60,927 bases of DNA, filler included, from Sphacelaria rigidula (GCA_964200075.2; 8 parts of 8 records of this genome joined end to end with filler, not necessarily neighbours in it), one strand, 5' to 3'; shown: positions 36,046 to 54,499, counted from the whole stretch's first letter. Notes: a model not told the origin generated them from the sequence alone. A program made the numbers and translations.

Positions 36046-38767
36046 TCAGCATCCGTCCCACAAGCCCCGCATGGACACAGCAACACATGGAGAACACTCA
36101 AACAGTCTCTAGCTATCGTTCAAGCCATCGCACGGAGCAAACAGACCCGTAGCGGATGAGATACATGCTTATGGCAGAGTGAGCACCGCACCCCATCCAG
36201 TGTAGATGTCATAGCACCGCACCCCAAGCCATGTAGGATTTCAAGGAATCGAAGTCCCATCTGCCTCATAAGGACGCAGTAATCTGTTGTGTACACTTGG
36301 GAAGTCCTTCCCTGTCGTTCGATCCATTACACGCAGCGAACAGCTGCGTAGCTGTGTTAACAGAGCCCTGGCTGCACGGTGCAGCTGCCCACAAGATCGC
36401 CGAGTATCCATATCCCCAGACCGCGGGTACTGACGAGATTCTATTCTGGTATGGCAGACATCTGAATGGTTCATCATCACTATCAGACCGTGTGGACGCC
36501 GGGACACTCGTTGCCTACAACGTAAGTTGACACGGAACGTATCGGGACACCAAAAACATCCCCGGCGGCGAAGCTGTGGACAAGATGGAACGCTTCACCG
36601 TGATGTCAAGTCACTGGCGAAGTGCAAGGATGTGCTGTCTTTTGTCGCCCGTCCGCCAGAGTTGGGATCACGGCATGGTCTACGCGTGGATTGCGCCAAG
36701 CTGGTGGAGGCGAAGAGGTGGGCCTGGAAGCAGGAAAACCCCATCAGCGGCGAAATCCTAGCAGACTCATACCAGGTATTCATCGTATGGATGCGTACCA
36801 CCCAAGATAATGTATCTCCGTATCTCCGTCATGGTCGTGGGATGCACATAAACTTGACATCACGAGACGAAATCACAATCGTCACTGATTTATGCATGTT
36901 TAATTTGGGGCATCACTCGCTTTTCCAGGTACGTAAAAGGTAGGGAATGGTGGAAACGAGTCCATACGCCTGTATGCTAACAGTACCGCATCAACAGAGA
37001 GAAGGTAGGATGAGAAGCACGCGGCGATCGTTCTCAAGGTGGAGTAATCATGCACAGGGCATAACGAGTACAGGGTGTAACACGTACGGGGTATAACACC
37101 CCTTGACAGGAGAACACCGATGACGTAGACCCCACCGTCACAACAGAGCGCGAAATATGTCAAGAATCTGGGATATAATAATGACAGCCTCCTTTATGTT
37201 GAAAAAAGTGAAGGAACCACGGGTAAACAGTTTTGCTGGCCCCGACGAGAACGTGATATTCACAATGGGAGTCGGCACTATGGCCATGACTCGTGCTTTT
37301 TTTCTTTTTAGTGCTTTCTGCATTTTTCAATTTTCAATTTTTCCCTGTGTTTGTTTTTTTCGTTCTTCTGCGCTTTTTCTGCGCTATTCCCTGTTTTCTG
37401 CGCCCCCTTCCCCCTTTTTCCGCCCCTGCTTTTGCACAAAAAAATGACCCGCCAGCGGTTGAGACAATACCGAAAAGGAGAAAAAGTTAAGCTAGGCTTG
37501 TAAAACGGTGGGTGACCACGTGGGGAGCTCTGTTTTGACTTGACTTCTGATCGGGGCTCCCCAAGGTACCAGCCTGGCTTAAGTGTTGGCGTGAAATGTC
37601 TGCTGTATTTCCACAAATCAGCGGCATAATCTGGTTTTCATGCTATTGTTTCTCACGGCCGTTTTTCTGCGCACAAGAAAACGGTGTTGCGCTTCTTCTG
37701 CGATCGCATCTGCTCTATTTTATAAAAATCTGCGACTTATTGTTGTCCTTCTGCTCCTCTTTTTCACGACCGTCTTTCTGCGCAAAGAAACGGTATTTTG
37801 CTTTTTCTGCTTGTTCCGCGATCGCAGAAGGAGCGCAGGCCTATTGATAGTTAAGAACCTGCAAGAATGCACTGCACCTCAGAATAACGAGATACCGCCT
37901 CCACAACCACAGTGACTCAACCAGGCCCCCACGCAAGCGGCTTCCTCGGTAAATGCACGCGACCATTTGACTGTGTTGTGTGTGTGTTGCCGTCCCATTT
38001 ATTCTGGGCACCAGTCTACATCTTTCGGTGTATGTGGGTGCATCNNNNNNNNNNNNNNNNNNNNNNNNNNNNNNNNNNNNNNNNNNNNTTAATTAATTAA
38101 NNNNNNNNNNNNNNNNNNNNNNNNNNNNNNNNNNNNNNNNNNNNTCACTCTCCATTTCCTAGTGTATTCTCGCCTTGTCTATCTATGTGTGTAGTCCTTC
38201 TGGTGTTCCTGAAACCCCCACAAAATCATCCGTGCGGGGAGGGGGGGGGGGCGTACTCATTTGCTGCTTCCCTCGGTCGTTTAACCATTGACCACGCATC
38301 ACTTTCGAGACGGAGCACTGTTCCTGCTCCTAATAGAGACACCTCCAACATTACGGTGCTAATTTCGTTTATTTTCCAAACATTACACAAAAACCGTTTA
38401 CATACATGGGAGGGGGGGGATTGACGTACACACGGATTACACACGGATTGTAAGCATCACCTTCTCAACGGATCCCCGTGAGACCTAGCCGCGGTGACAA
38501 AATAAACATATACCGAAGGTGAGCAAAATGGTAACACTCGCTGAAGAAGAGTCGGGGCGAAAAAAACCAGAGTGAAAAAACAAGCAAAAAAAGGAAGGGA
38601 ACGGACAAGACCTAGTATATCAATGTTATCAATGTCGATGACAATTTTGTCCCTATTGATTTCTGTTGCACCAACACGAAGTACATGAACACTGCGTGTG
38701 ACGGCGGAAAAACGCGAAAAGCATCACTGGAATACTAGAGTGATGTCTGAAAGAAGCCTTTTCTCAC

Positions 38768-41700
38768 CTCTCGGCCGTACTCCACGCCAAAGTACGCGGA
38801 ACCAACCTCGTCGCACAGACCAGCACATTTCTAAGTGGCACCACGAAACGGCGTAACGAGGGAGAAGATACGGATATCGAACGATTCGGGACACAGGTAC
38901 GGTAGCACCAAATTAAAAAAAAAGACGGCAATCGAGCGAAGCGAAGCGAAGAATTAAAAAACAATAGATGGTCAACTTTCCTTCCGTGTGGTCAACGTGA
39001 AGGTGTACCTGATGCATGCGAGTCGTACCCGGTACAATGTGAAACAGGGAACCATGGGTAGGTGCCGCACCTCAGGGCACTTCGGATTGCCAGGGTATTT
39101 CGAATACCGAGTACACCCAGGGGGTTCCTAGGGTGTACACTCCCACCAGTACTGGGTATTCCCAACGTTGGTACTCCTGGGGTAACGACTGTGGAGAAAA
39201 CGTACAGGGGTGTTTCACAACAGTCCCAGAAACACTGAGTCCCACCTGCATCATACCCCATGAACGTATCCTGTAACCTGGGGTAGTAACTTCAACAGAC
39301 CTGGGTTCACCACACAAATCGGGATATGTGCATCACTAGCCACTCCCGCTCACCCCTGCCCGCCCTCTCGTTCCCCGCGTCGAGTCCCTTCCCGCACGAC
39401 CACCACACGTACTCAACTCTTTCCTGACATTTGTGCTGACTCTGTATACGACCTATAGTCTACAGGATGAGCTGTTCATTATTGTGATTGATTGATTGAT
39501 TGATTGATTGTCGCACTTCAAGTGACCCCCCAGGAGTCCAGCCGTGGTCTCATGATAGACGTACGTACCCAAGAAAAACGAAACTGAAACACGCTCTGAA
39601 GAAAAAGAAGGAACAGAAAAAAAGGGGGGGGGGGGGGGGGGGGGGAGAAAGAAAAAAAAAAAAAAAAAAACAAAAAAAAAAAAAAAAAAAAAAAAAAAGA
39701 AGAGAAAGGGAAGAAGGGAGGAAGGAAGAGAAGGGAGAGAGGGGGGGGGGGGGGGGGGGGGGGGGGGTCGAACAGGAAGATATAACAGATTAAGTCGAAA
39801 CAAAAACAAAAGTAATGAAAAAGTCAACACAAGCAAAGCACAGAAATTACGATCTTTGTTCTAACGATGAACCGTAACTATTTTCACCGCTAATCTCGGA
39901 CTGTCATTCCCTACTGTAAATTCCAACAACCCGCACACCTCGATGGTCATCTCAGGATCTTTCATGAACGACTCGCCGGAGAGCACACGGTTCGAAGAGA
40001 TGTCGGCGTAACACTCTCCTCCTGTGAAATCGTTCGAGTTAACCACGTTGACAGGTGTCGTAATGGTAGGCGCCGGGGTGGTTGGGGTCGGGGTGGGGAG
40101 CACGGTAGCAGTAGGGGCTGGGGTGGCGGGTGTCGGGGTCGGGGGCACGGTAGCAGTAGGGGCTGGGGTGGTGGGTGCCGGGGTCGGTTGCAGCGTGGGG
40201 GTTGAACCCCTCCAGGTTGAAACGTCGACCTGTGCGGGTTTCAGTCGGTGAATCGGATAGGGTGGAGTGGAGAATAACATTGAGCGGGCGCAGTGGACAA
40301 AACATGGAACAACGGCACGCTGCGAAGAATGTAAGATAATAGGATCAGATTAGAGGCAGTGAGCATGGACAGGTTGTCGGTGTTGGACTGGGAGGAGAAG
40401 TCGGCCAGGATCGGGGCTTTGGCGAAGGCAAACTCTTGTTGTGTTATGTTGTGCTACATGGAAAATACATGTGTGCGGAGGCACAACGGAAAGTGATACA
40501 GCAAACTATTTTGTGTCGTACACCAGCATTTCTCTGTGCAGTGGAGGAAAGCAGGTGATGTTATCGAGCACTGAAGTCGCAGCGAATATCGGCGGATACA
40601 CGCGAGGGAAGTATGCTGCCAGCTAGCACCGCCCAGCCACGCTACGGAAAATATCATGACCTGTGTTTTCAATGCCAGCTGCAGTACAGTCGCGTGTTCC
40701 TCACGCGGGAAACGAATGCAGAAAAAACACACAACATAAACGGCCTCCTTCGTTCCGGTTGAGAGAAAAAACGCTACTCCTTAAGAAGATGGATGTGAAC
40801 GGAATCTTCCCGCCCCACGCATGTTAGACAGTGTCCTGACAGGGGCAGAGGCGGAAGGCAGACGCGGCATGAGTTCAGCCAAAACGGTGGTGCCAAGACC
40901 ATGTCGCGGCACTCGCGTCTCACCATGTTGTCGATGATGGTCTGAGCGTTGTTCTCGGTCTCCGTACCCGTTACCCTGCCCAAGTAGGAGACGTCTGGGT
41001 TGGAGAATAGATTTACTCTGGGAGTGTCTGTGCCGGGGCAAGTGTACGCCATGATCGTGCGGTACCTGTGCATAATCCGAAAAATAAATGTACCGGCAAT
41101 TGCAAAAGGATTTGACGATACATCGAAAAAATCAAGCTGTGACATCATTCGCGTTTCTTGTTTTGTTCTTCGTGTATGTGTTCTCATAATCAAAACAGTT
41201 CTTAATCCGTTGCTCGTCATCTAACTTTGTACCGTTTCGTGTCGTCTGGTCTTCTCGTCTCACCCGTACTCAGTTTGTTTTGCTCCTTCTCGAAGGAGGG
41301 GGGGGGCGTATCATCTGTTGCTTGCCTCAGTCGTTCGGCCATTGGTAACGCATCCCTTTCGAGACGGAGCATCGTTCCTACTCCTTGTAGAGGCACCTTC
41401 AACATTCCGGCGCTCATGACGTCTCTTACACACAGTGCACAAAAACCTTTCACATATCTCATCCCCGTCCTATTTCGCCGTCTGTGGCCACCACCCGTCT
41501 CCTAGTACAATCATTGTTTTCTCACTATCGTCTAATGCATCAAACGATTTCATGCCACCTTCGTTCACGTCCCGTATTTCCACCCTAGCACGTCCCGTTC
41601 CTCCTTATATAGTTCATATTCTGCAACGATATGACTTCTGCTTTCTATCTACTTGCCACAGAGACATCTACTTCCTCCTCCACACGACCGCTGGTACATA

Positions 41701-41770
41701 TCTTTCTTCTTCCTGGCAGGTCCAGGTTCCCCACCCGAAATCGCAGTTTCATATTTTTCGCCGCGTCCAT

Positions 41771-41808
<38 letters not shown>

Positions 41809-44800
41809 AGAATATAAAAAAAAAAAAGAAAAAAANNNNNNNNNNCCCCCCCACCCCCCAACTGCTATTCTCCTCGTGCACCCGTGGCGGGTGGGGGGGG
41901 CGGGGAGGGGCGGGGGGGCGTGGTGCGGGGGGTACTTTAGTTAAAAGGAGCAAAAAGCACAACCCTACTCCATTCTTCACCGTACTCAGACCAGATCGGG
42001 CACATGGGTTAACATTACTTACTCGTGGGGCAGGGGGATGACAAAAGATGCAATGCACTTGGTGTGTGCGTGGCTTGTGTAAGAAGCTCACGGTAAAGTA
42101 ATCGGTGGATTGATTGTCCAAGTTTGGTGTGACTACAGTATGCAAGATCACGAGGATCGCCACACACAGACCTTTCTTCCTCGGGAATATCGTCGTCGCA
42201 GTAGCGGGTGCCGTGAGAGTACTCCGTTACAGATGTCGTACTCTCTCTGTTGTGTCGACACCCGAGGTTGTGACTTAGTTCGTGCGTGTGGGACAGGCCG
42301 TCGATGCAGTTGGGAGACACCACCGAAAATCCTGATAACGGTTCCCCCGGAACGTAGTAGTACCTGATGGAATTCACGACACGAAAAAAAAAAAAAAACG
42401 GGTGGTGGGGGTCAAGAGGGTGCGAGCAGATGAAGCGGCGTTTGGCCGCGAGACAGCGGAAGAATGGTGACGGGATACAGACCATGGGAACCTCACCAAG
42501 CGCAAGTATCATCTCGTCCCTACCCTAGGAACGCTTCGTCCCCCTAATACGATCTAGGTTCTTGCATCAAATGCCTACAATGTTTGTTTCTCTCGGGGGG
42601 TTCTTGTTTCTGAGCGAGCGTCTTTCATTTTTTTTGTTTGACTCTCGGCGAATGTACGTCGATTTTTGCATCAAAGTAGTAAATGCACGACAAAGTCCGG
42701 TCAACAGATTCAAATGAAATAAAATGCAATGGCTAAATAGATCGACCAAAGGGCACGTCAAACACCTCAGTCGCCCCAGTACACAAACAAAATCGCGTCA
42801 ACCTCGCCTCCCCCAAATCATATCGTCATCACATGTCTTCGGACACTCTTCGTCACCCCACCGAGAGGAGTGACGCAAAGAGTCCCAAGACATGTGACGG
42901 CGATATCCCCTGTATGGGGGCAGAAAAGTGGATCAAATATCCCCCCCGGAATACTGAAAAGTTCAACTCGAAGAGAAACGCAAGAAACAGTCCAACACGT
43001 CCAAAATGACGTGAGCATGACGAAAAACAGCGCCAGAACGTTCCCGGGAGGTGGAGGCGCGCCTCTTCTCGTTGGAATGAGGGTACGGCCCGGTCCTGAA
43101 AATGAAGTGTCGGTTCGGCTACATCTAGAGCGCTCTCGGGATCATGATGACAGTTGAGTTCGCGTTTTGTGCGCTGGTTAACAGCGTCGTGGAAGTGTCT
43201 CGTGCTTCTACATCAGCCAATTTCAGGTTTCACATGTAGACTCCCTTTCGTTTGCTGGATCATGAGGGGTCGTATTTTTTCTCGTTGTTCCATTTTGTCT
43301 CTGGTACGTGCTCCATGTGACCATGGTTGGGTCCCTGGAGGAGTCAGTTAAAGTGCGACAATCAACCAATCAATCAGATCGGATCAAAAACCATAAAATC
43401 AAATCAAAATCCATTCGATTCACCGATGATCTGAAATGCACATGCTCCGTGAACGCTCTACACAATGACATGGACGATGCGACTGACTCGAGTGAGCCAA
43501 ACGTCCGAAACTCGTCATGGCCGCACAGCTTTATCAATTGCGCGTATCCAACTGATCCGTACAATCAGCGAGTCAGATAGCTCTGGCCTTGTGCTCGACG
43601 AAGAAGGGCTCCAGCGTCCCAAGGATAGCTAGAATGGAGAACGAACGCGGCTGGATTAGTTTCAAGTGCTCTGAAATACTCTAGTGTAATGTTTTCGTCG
43701 ATTCTCCACATGCCTTCGAAAAATACCTGACATCTTCGGTGGTCGGCATTTCCGTTCAGGATCTGGATATTCATCCAGGATATGGATATCGACATCGGGG
43801 GTCTGTCATATGAACATGCCAGATGCACGCACCGGACGCAATATCTCAGACGAATACTCGTGTCCTAAATTGATATCCCATGTGAATATCCCAGACAAAC
43901 ATCGTACCCGGACTTGTAACCAAGACCGGCGTCCCTAGATGGATTTTGATTTCTCTGATATATGTTACACGGTGATATAGGCCTTCCCGCGAGGCGAGCA
44001 TATACCGCACAACCGGGCAACCCTCTCCCGAATCCCAACGTACGAGCCTTCACTCACCCGCGACCGCAGGACCCAGACAGGGCGCCTACGAGCTGGACGA
44101 GATCGGCCTCGTGCAGGTCGCGGAGGGCCGCCACGTCGTCGTCGACCCGGAGCTCCGGCAGAGCATTGAATGGGCTAGAATCCGGGGTGTATGGTGCCTG
44201 CGTCACGGATATCATCCCGGAGACCAGGGACAGGGGAAGCGGGGGGTAGTACTGCATGTGTCAATTCACGTCAATCGAAATCAGATATATACATGTGAAA
44301 GATGGATATTCATCATGGGATGATCATTCGAGATACGGCACCCTTCTCGGATTGTACAGTATAACTCACCGGTCAATCGAGATATATACGTATCCACACG
44401 TTAGTATGTGTGGGATATGGCGTCCCCTTTCTATGGTCATATCCATTTGGGATAGACATTGCACGCTGCTGAGAGGGGCATCCCTGATGGATATAACATC
44501 TCAAATGAATACACCGGAATGATATCCAACACATTTTTGAAACACATGATCATCATCCACTGGTTGCGCGAGTACTAACCCAACGTTCTCGATAGAATAT
44601 AGGCGCAACGCGAAGTATACGTATGCATCGGGGAGGAGAGATAGGATCCGATCCCCTTTCGCCAACGGGCGCATCCCGAGGAAGAAGGTGGGCCGAGAAA
44701 CGAGACGTGTCTCAAAGTACGACGCATTAAAAAAGGAAAGCATACAAAGACATTTATAAGTACCCCCAACCACTCACGGAAGTCGGCCACAATGATTCGA

Positions 44801-45096
44801 TTCAGTTTCATCATGGAGAAGGAGAAGGTTCCACGGGGGTTCCGCTAGAGATTCCGAAGGCCGCCGAAGCCGTGAAGATTTAAGCATATGTATGTTATAT
44901 ATATTTGCACACACTACAGCGCCTGAGCTCTCACCAATCCCACGTAGACCAGCTCGAATTTCATGGGAATTTTTGAATCCTTGAGAGCGAGGTTACTGGT
45001 CGCAATGCCGTCCACGATGGTGGTGACCATCTGCGCCGTAGTCACGCCTCCCAGGAGTTCCATAGCGGCTTCGCTGTACAACATGGCCACCGTAAC
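38768..45096 (-). CDS. Metzincin (reprolysin/M12B-like) zinc metallopeptidase with Pro/Thr linker and WSC domain, partial: exons 45096-44935, 44197-44058, 42363-42172, 41065-40924, 40229-39939, 38830-38768
   Basis: Phase-consistent GT-AG splicing (0,2,2,0,0) gives VTVAMLYS..FELVYVGL|APY..LRDLHEADLVQLVG..CGRG|YYY..THELSHNLGCRHNRE..YSHGTRYC..|YRTIMAYTC..FSNPDVSY..NNAQTI..|..(PTPAPT repeats)..GECYADISSNRVL..MTIE|KCAGLCDEVGSAYFGVEYGRE. This contains the HExxHxxGxxH zinc site, the TIMAY Met-turn and the WSC pattern CY.D..R.L..MT.E.C...C....YFG.EYG.E. Confidence 0.9.
43760..44530. repeat. Degenerate GGATATCC/GATAT-rich intronic repeats on both sides of exon 44197-44058
   Basis: Recurrent GATATCCC/GGATAT words at 43760-43980 and 44280-44530. 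Confidence 0.45.
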
Positions 45097-46809
45097 CTGC
45101 TCGCGTGTGTATTTGTTTTGGTCATATTTTCATGCTCGACGTCATTCATGATTGATCATTCATCATCAATCAATCAATCTATCAATCATAATTGATTATC
45201 TCAAACTAGCTGATTGCAACCATCCAGCCCGTGGTCAGGAGCATCATCAGTATATATAATAAAAGAAAAAAGAAGGAAAGGAGCAGAAAAAGACAGAAGC
45301 AACGGCCTCAGAAAGGAAAAATCATGAACCGAAGTACATCATGCCCATGATCAAAAGGAATGAACACGAAAAGAAAAAGAAAAAGAGACGGAACACACGA
45401 ACTGAACAAGACTCAGATACAGGACCAAACAGGAGAGTAGTACATTAATTCGACTACGACAAACGAACAGCACATATATACTACCACACTGCAACAAAAC
45501 CTTATGAATGGAATGAACTCGCCCCGAAATCCCCGAGAACAAGACACACGAAGAAACCTAACCCTTGAAACGCGAGGGTAGCCCATCTGAGTCATTGTTT
45601 GTTGTTGTTATTGTTGTCTTCACATTGAAAACCGTTCCGATATCTGCGCGGTACATTGGTACTGGGCATCTTNNNNNNNNNNNNNNNNNNNNNNNNNNNN
45701 NNNNNNNNNNNNNNNNTTAATTAATTAANNNNNNNNNNNNNNNNNNNNNNNNNNNNNNNNNNNNNNNNNNNNGGTCCAACTCCAAATACTGGCGGGAGCA
45801 TAGGCCTGCAAACTTCAAATCCGTCTCTAGGCTGGCCCAGCTCGTACACGCCATAAAAATTTGGATTTCGATCACCGAAATAATGGGGGCTTAGGTGAAG
45901 AACCAACTTTGGGGAATTCCGGGTGTCCGAACGGACGCCAAAATGGTTCCAAAATTGGTTCCTCACCTAGGACTCCAACATTTCGGTTATTATAGAAATT
46001 CGAACTTCTATTGCGTGTAGCAGTTGTCAGTAGCTATCAGTAGGTGAAGAAATGGAACCATATCTCGAAGATTTGGTGTGGGTACGAAGATTTCACTTCT
46101 CCGGGTTTCTCATCCTCAATGAAAGATCCATCCCCAATTTGTAAGATCCCGTGTTATTGGCTGTAGTGATGGCGTTGTTGTCCTCCGCTCGCCAGTAGCG
46201 TGATGGCCCTTACCCTCACGAGAGCAAAATAGAGCAGAATCCATGACGTGTGCTGTCAGACACTGCACGAGTATGCAGTTTGCACAATAATGTGGCTCAG
46301 TTCAGGTCTGTATATGCAGCGTGTTGCAAGAAGCACTCGAACACAGTACAGACTGCCCAAGCGCCCAAGTCCTGCAGACAGTACAGCAGTAGCACTACTG
46401 CTTATACTGCGGTCCTGTCTCTACAAGTCTGGGGTGCGTGGGCAGCCTGTACTGCATCGCGAGTGCTCTCCGCATCACGCTGCATGCACAGACCTGAAAA
46501 GCGAGCTACATTACTACTCACAGTGTTTATACAGCATTCGCCATCAACCCTGCCCTGTGCTGTTGGGGTAAAGAGCCACCATGATACTTTCGAGCGAAAA
46601 CAAGAAGCGACACGCTGACTGCCCGCGGGCACCGGCGACAGCAGTAGTAATTGCAGCCATGCCACCATGGCTGTCGTGCGCAGGAGGGTGTGTTGGCGTG
46701 CTGCGGCATTTCAAACGTGTTTTCTGATCATAGAAGAAGTGGGTTTTGGTCCCCCATTTTTCACCATTTTTTTTCATACATGACAAGTACCCGACGGGTC
46801 ACCATTAGC

Positions 46810-47090
46810 GTCCCGTACACGGTAACATCACGCGTTACACGACACGTTAAAACATCTTGAACACTGGTAAAATAGCCGCGACATGCACAGAATGAAACGT
46901 TACATCCGAACGTTACACGTGTCAGCGTAGCGTTTTTCTAGACGTTACGCGTGACATCGAAACGTTTCATATCACGTTACATGTAACGAAACGTGACGTT
47001 AATTTTTCTTCACGTGATAAACAAAATATGAACGTAACGTAAAAAATGATATAGCGTGACATACGTAATGTGAACGTGTAACGTGTAGGC
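46810..47090. repeat. Degenerate ACGTTAC/GTAACGT repeat patch
   Basis: ACGTTAC words dominate the 5' half and the reverse-complement GTAACGT words the 3' half. Confidence 0.6.
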
Positions 47091-48250
47091 CGCTGGAAAA
47101 AACGAAAAACGATGATTTTTCTCATTACGCAGTAGCGATTCTCCAAACGAAATTTAGAAGCATAACTCTCAGAAACTGAGACGCAATACCCGGATTTAGT
47201 GCATCCAAGTGCCTTTGCTCGAAATATATTGATTTTAGTATGCAAACTTATATGCGCCAGATCCCGAGACAGATGACGAATCTGGCAAAAGTGGAGGTAT
47301 TGATCGTTTACCCGTTCTCCGAGAATGTCCACACCAAAAACCGCCATCATCCGCACTTCATCTCGTTCGGAGTTTCCAGACTTCAGTATTGACGCTATCT
47401 CCGCACAATACAGGAATTACTAGACATGGGGTTCAAAGAACGAATAAAAAAATGGCCCAGACGTCTGAGCATGTGGGCATCTTCCCCATGATCAGACGAT
47501 TAATACGGTACGCAGATCACGGCCCGACTCGTCTATCGATGAGATGTTGAGAGCTTAAATCCGCGTCTAGGCCGGCCCAGCTCGTAGCATTCGCAAAAGG
47601 TTTCGAGTGTCATCCACGACAACAGGAACCTTATAGATTGCGACAAGACTCGAACAACGCTGTGAGGAATACATTTGCTAGCATACTCTGCCCTGAAAAG
47701 TACGATGTCTGACCCATTGCTCCTCGTGTGACCACAAATCTTGAACATCCGTACACAATACACACACGGAGCACACCAATTGAGGAGCAGAAACATGCAT
47801 CATCAATGAGATTGTATGATGATCAGCCCCGCCCCGGTCACACAACACCGTGACGAGGTAGCACCCTTGTTGCATCACCATCACCCACCAAAATTGAAAA
47901 AAAGTCTACAAAATGAGGGCATGCCTTCACACTCACCAACCGAAAACGGGACAGTATCAACACATGAAAACTCTGAGAAATGACTCGTCCACAGAGGATA
48001 CTCGTGCAACCCAAGCATCGTATAAAATCGAACCAATATGCGTCGTGACTTTATTTGGGGTACAATACGCTAGCGCCCCACCTCTACTGTATGAGCAATA
48101 TCTGCCTTGCTGTACTACTGCACCCGTACAGCACGGACACACATTATCTACTTTTCACGTCATGTACGCGGGTGATGTAGACGCAAGCACCGCTTTACGA
48201 TGCGCAACAACCGCCGCCAAGAAATGTCTACTAGAGATATAGACCCTCGT

Positions 48251-52809
<4,559 letters not shown>

Positions 52810-53400
52810 CTGCAATGTGTCATGGTGGTTGGAGACGCAACGGCACAAGAATACTCAGATACTGCAGGTAGTATACTCATATTCCAGCGATTTTTTATTT
52901 CAGGTACATGTGGGCGTTGCTTTACTTGTGAAATGCGGTAGGACTTGACGCCGAGGGAAAGCATTCGCGGTGAGCTAAGCAGCCTCGCTCACGTTCCACT
53001 GATCGCGAAAAGTGCCTCGACTACCATGATCGAGACTTGATACAAGGACACTGGGCTTAAAATTGTTTGGTGCACCCTCCACCACAGTGCAGACCGCCGG
53101 TGATTTGTGGATCAATAGTGCGCGTGAGAGGCTCGGTCTGGCAGGTTTGAACAGCCATAAAAAATACAGGACAAAAACCTGAACGTTAGGCCACTTGGAG
53201 TATGTCAGAAAAATAATGTATATATATATACGAGCTGGGCCAGCCCAGAAACGGATTTAACCTGGCAGAGCAATATCTCATGACCGGAAACGAATTGGGC
53301 NNNNNNNNNNNNNNNNNNNNNNNNNNNNNNNNNNNNNNNNNNNNTTAATTAATTAANNNNNNNNNNNNNNNNNNNNNNNNNNNNNNNNNNNNNNNNNNNN

Positions 53401-53473
53401 CGCTCCGGGAATCGAACCCCCCAACTCAACCATCAGAAGGTTACGAGGTTACCAACTGAGCCACCGGGGCGAC
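53401..53473 (-). mobile_element. tRNA-derived SINE (family 1) head, cut by contig edge
   Basis: Matches 4580-4652 and 34085-34157. Confidence 0.75.
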
Positions 53474-54499
53474 CATTCTCTACGGCCGACAATGTGATCG
53501 GAAAAATCATATGGTAAGCCACAAGCCGTATCTAAGCCGTGTGTTCAGCGGCAACCCAATTGCTCAAGTAGGACGAATCCGACGGAAGCACTCCCCCGCC
53601 GCACCTTTTCAATCGACCAGCAACAACTTGTTAAAGACACGCCCGAAATCGGCACTTGCCCCGAACGCCGCGTGAAGCTTTTTTGTTGTGTTTTTCACCA
53701 AGATACAACTCTCTGCCCTACAGCATCCTCGTCAATATTACCTGCGGTTTCCCCCTCCTTGATAGTCTAAACTTCCCTCCACCTGTTGCACGGCGTACAC
53801 GTCACATGAAAACTTCACCACATGTGGTGTGGACAGCTTCGCGATACATCCTTTACGTGTGCACGATTGGGATTCCACTCTCTTGGTGCACGACGGCTTT
53901 AACGAACAACAAACATCGAGTACTTCAAGGGTTTGTTGGGTACCGGAAAATACCCGCGTATGTACCCTTATACAATTTTGTGTTGCGATGGTGCGATCTC
54001 GAAACAGTACCAAAAGAAACGGGTAGAGTTAGGCACAACGGCAATGCTCAACCCGATATCAAGATGTTGTTGAGCACGATCTGAATACTATACCCGCGTA
54101 TCGGGTACTTGGAATAAGTTATTTTGAAACACCGAAATGTAGGAAATGCCCGACCCAACGCGCCTTTCAGGCACTTGACGCGAACCATGCCTTGTTCGAG
54201 CGCGTGCCGCCCGAGACGTTGCTCTACCGTGGTTCGGCGCCCAATGCTCGGGATATAATTGCCCGGGGTGCAGTGATAGAAATGGGCAACGACGAACTGA
54301 CGAGGCAACATTTCCACCGTAGTATCTCTGGGCGTAGCTACCATGCGAAAAATTCAGGGTCGCTTTAAATTGGGGCCGTTTGATTCCAGACTCTGCGAGA
54401 TTTTCCCGAAAAAACACAACTCCTCCCCGAGTGAATATGTCTAACAAAAATGAATGGCTAACAAGAATAAAAATCTGGAAAGCTGTAGTTTTGTACCTT

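Larger units (their letters stand above)
372..41412. repeat. Dispersed repeat subfamily A (60-110 bp): copies at ~372-440, ~4038-4106, ~23686-23741 (opposite strand), ~38250-38360, ~41305-41412
   Basis: Shared G-run + GTACTCATTTGxTGCTTxCCTxAGTCGTTTGACCATTGACCACGCATCCCTTTCGAGACGGAGCA, seen in three independent contigs. Confidence 0.88.
655..43376. mobile_element. Retroposon 3'-end family with (CAAT)n tail: copies at ~655-723, ~2920-2969, ~3255-3335, ~20977-21048, ~39484-39573 (-), ~43300-43376
   Basis: Shared ..GTGACCACGGCTGGA..GGGGGTCAGTTAAAGTGCGACAATCAATCAATC terminus with variable 5' truncation. Short tandem-repeat tails are typical of RTE-type LINEs and their SINE partners; that assignment is inferred. 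Confidence 0.7.
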
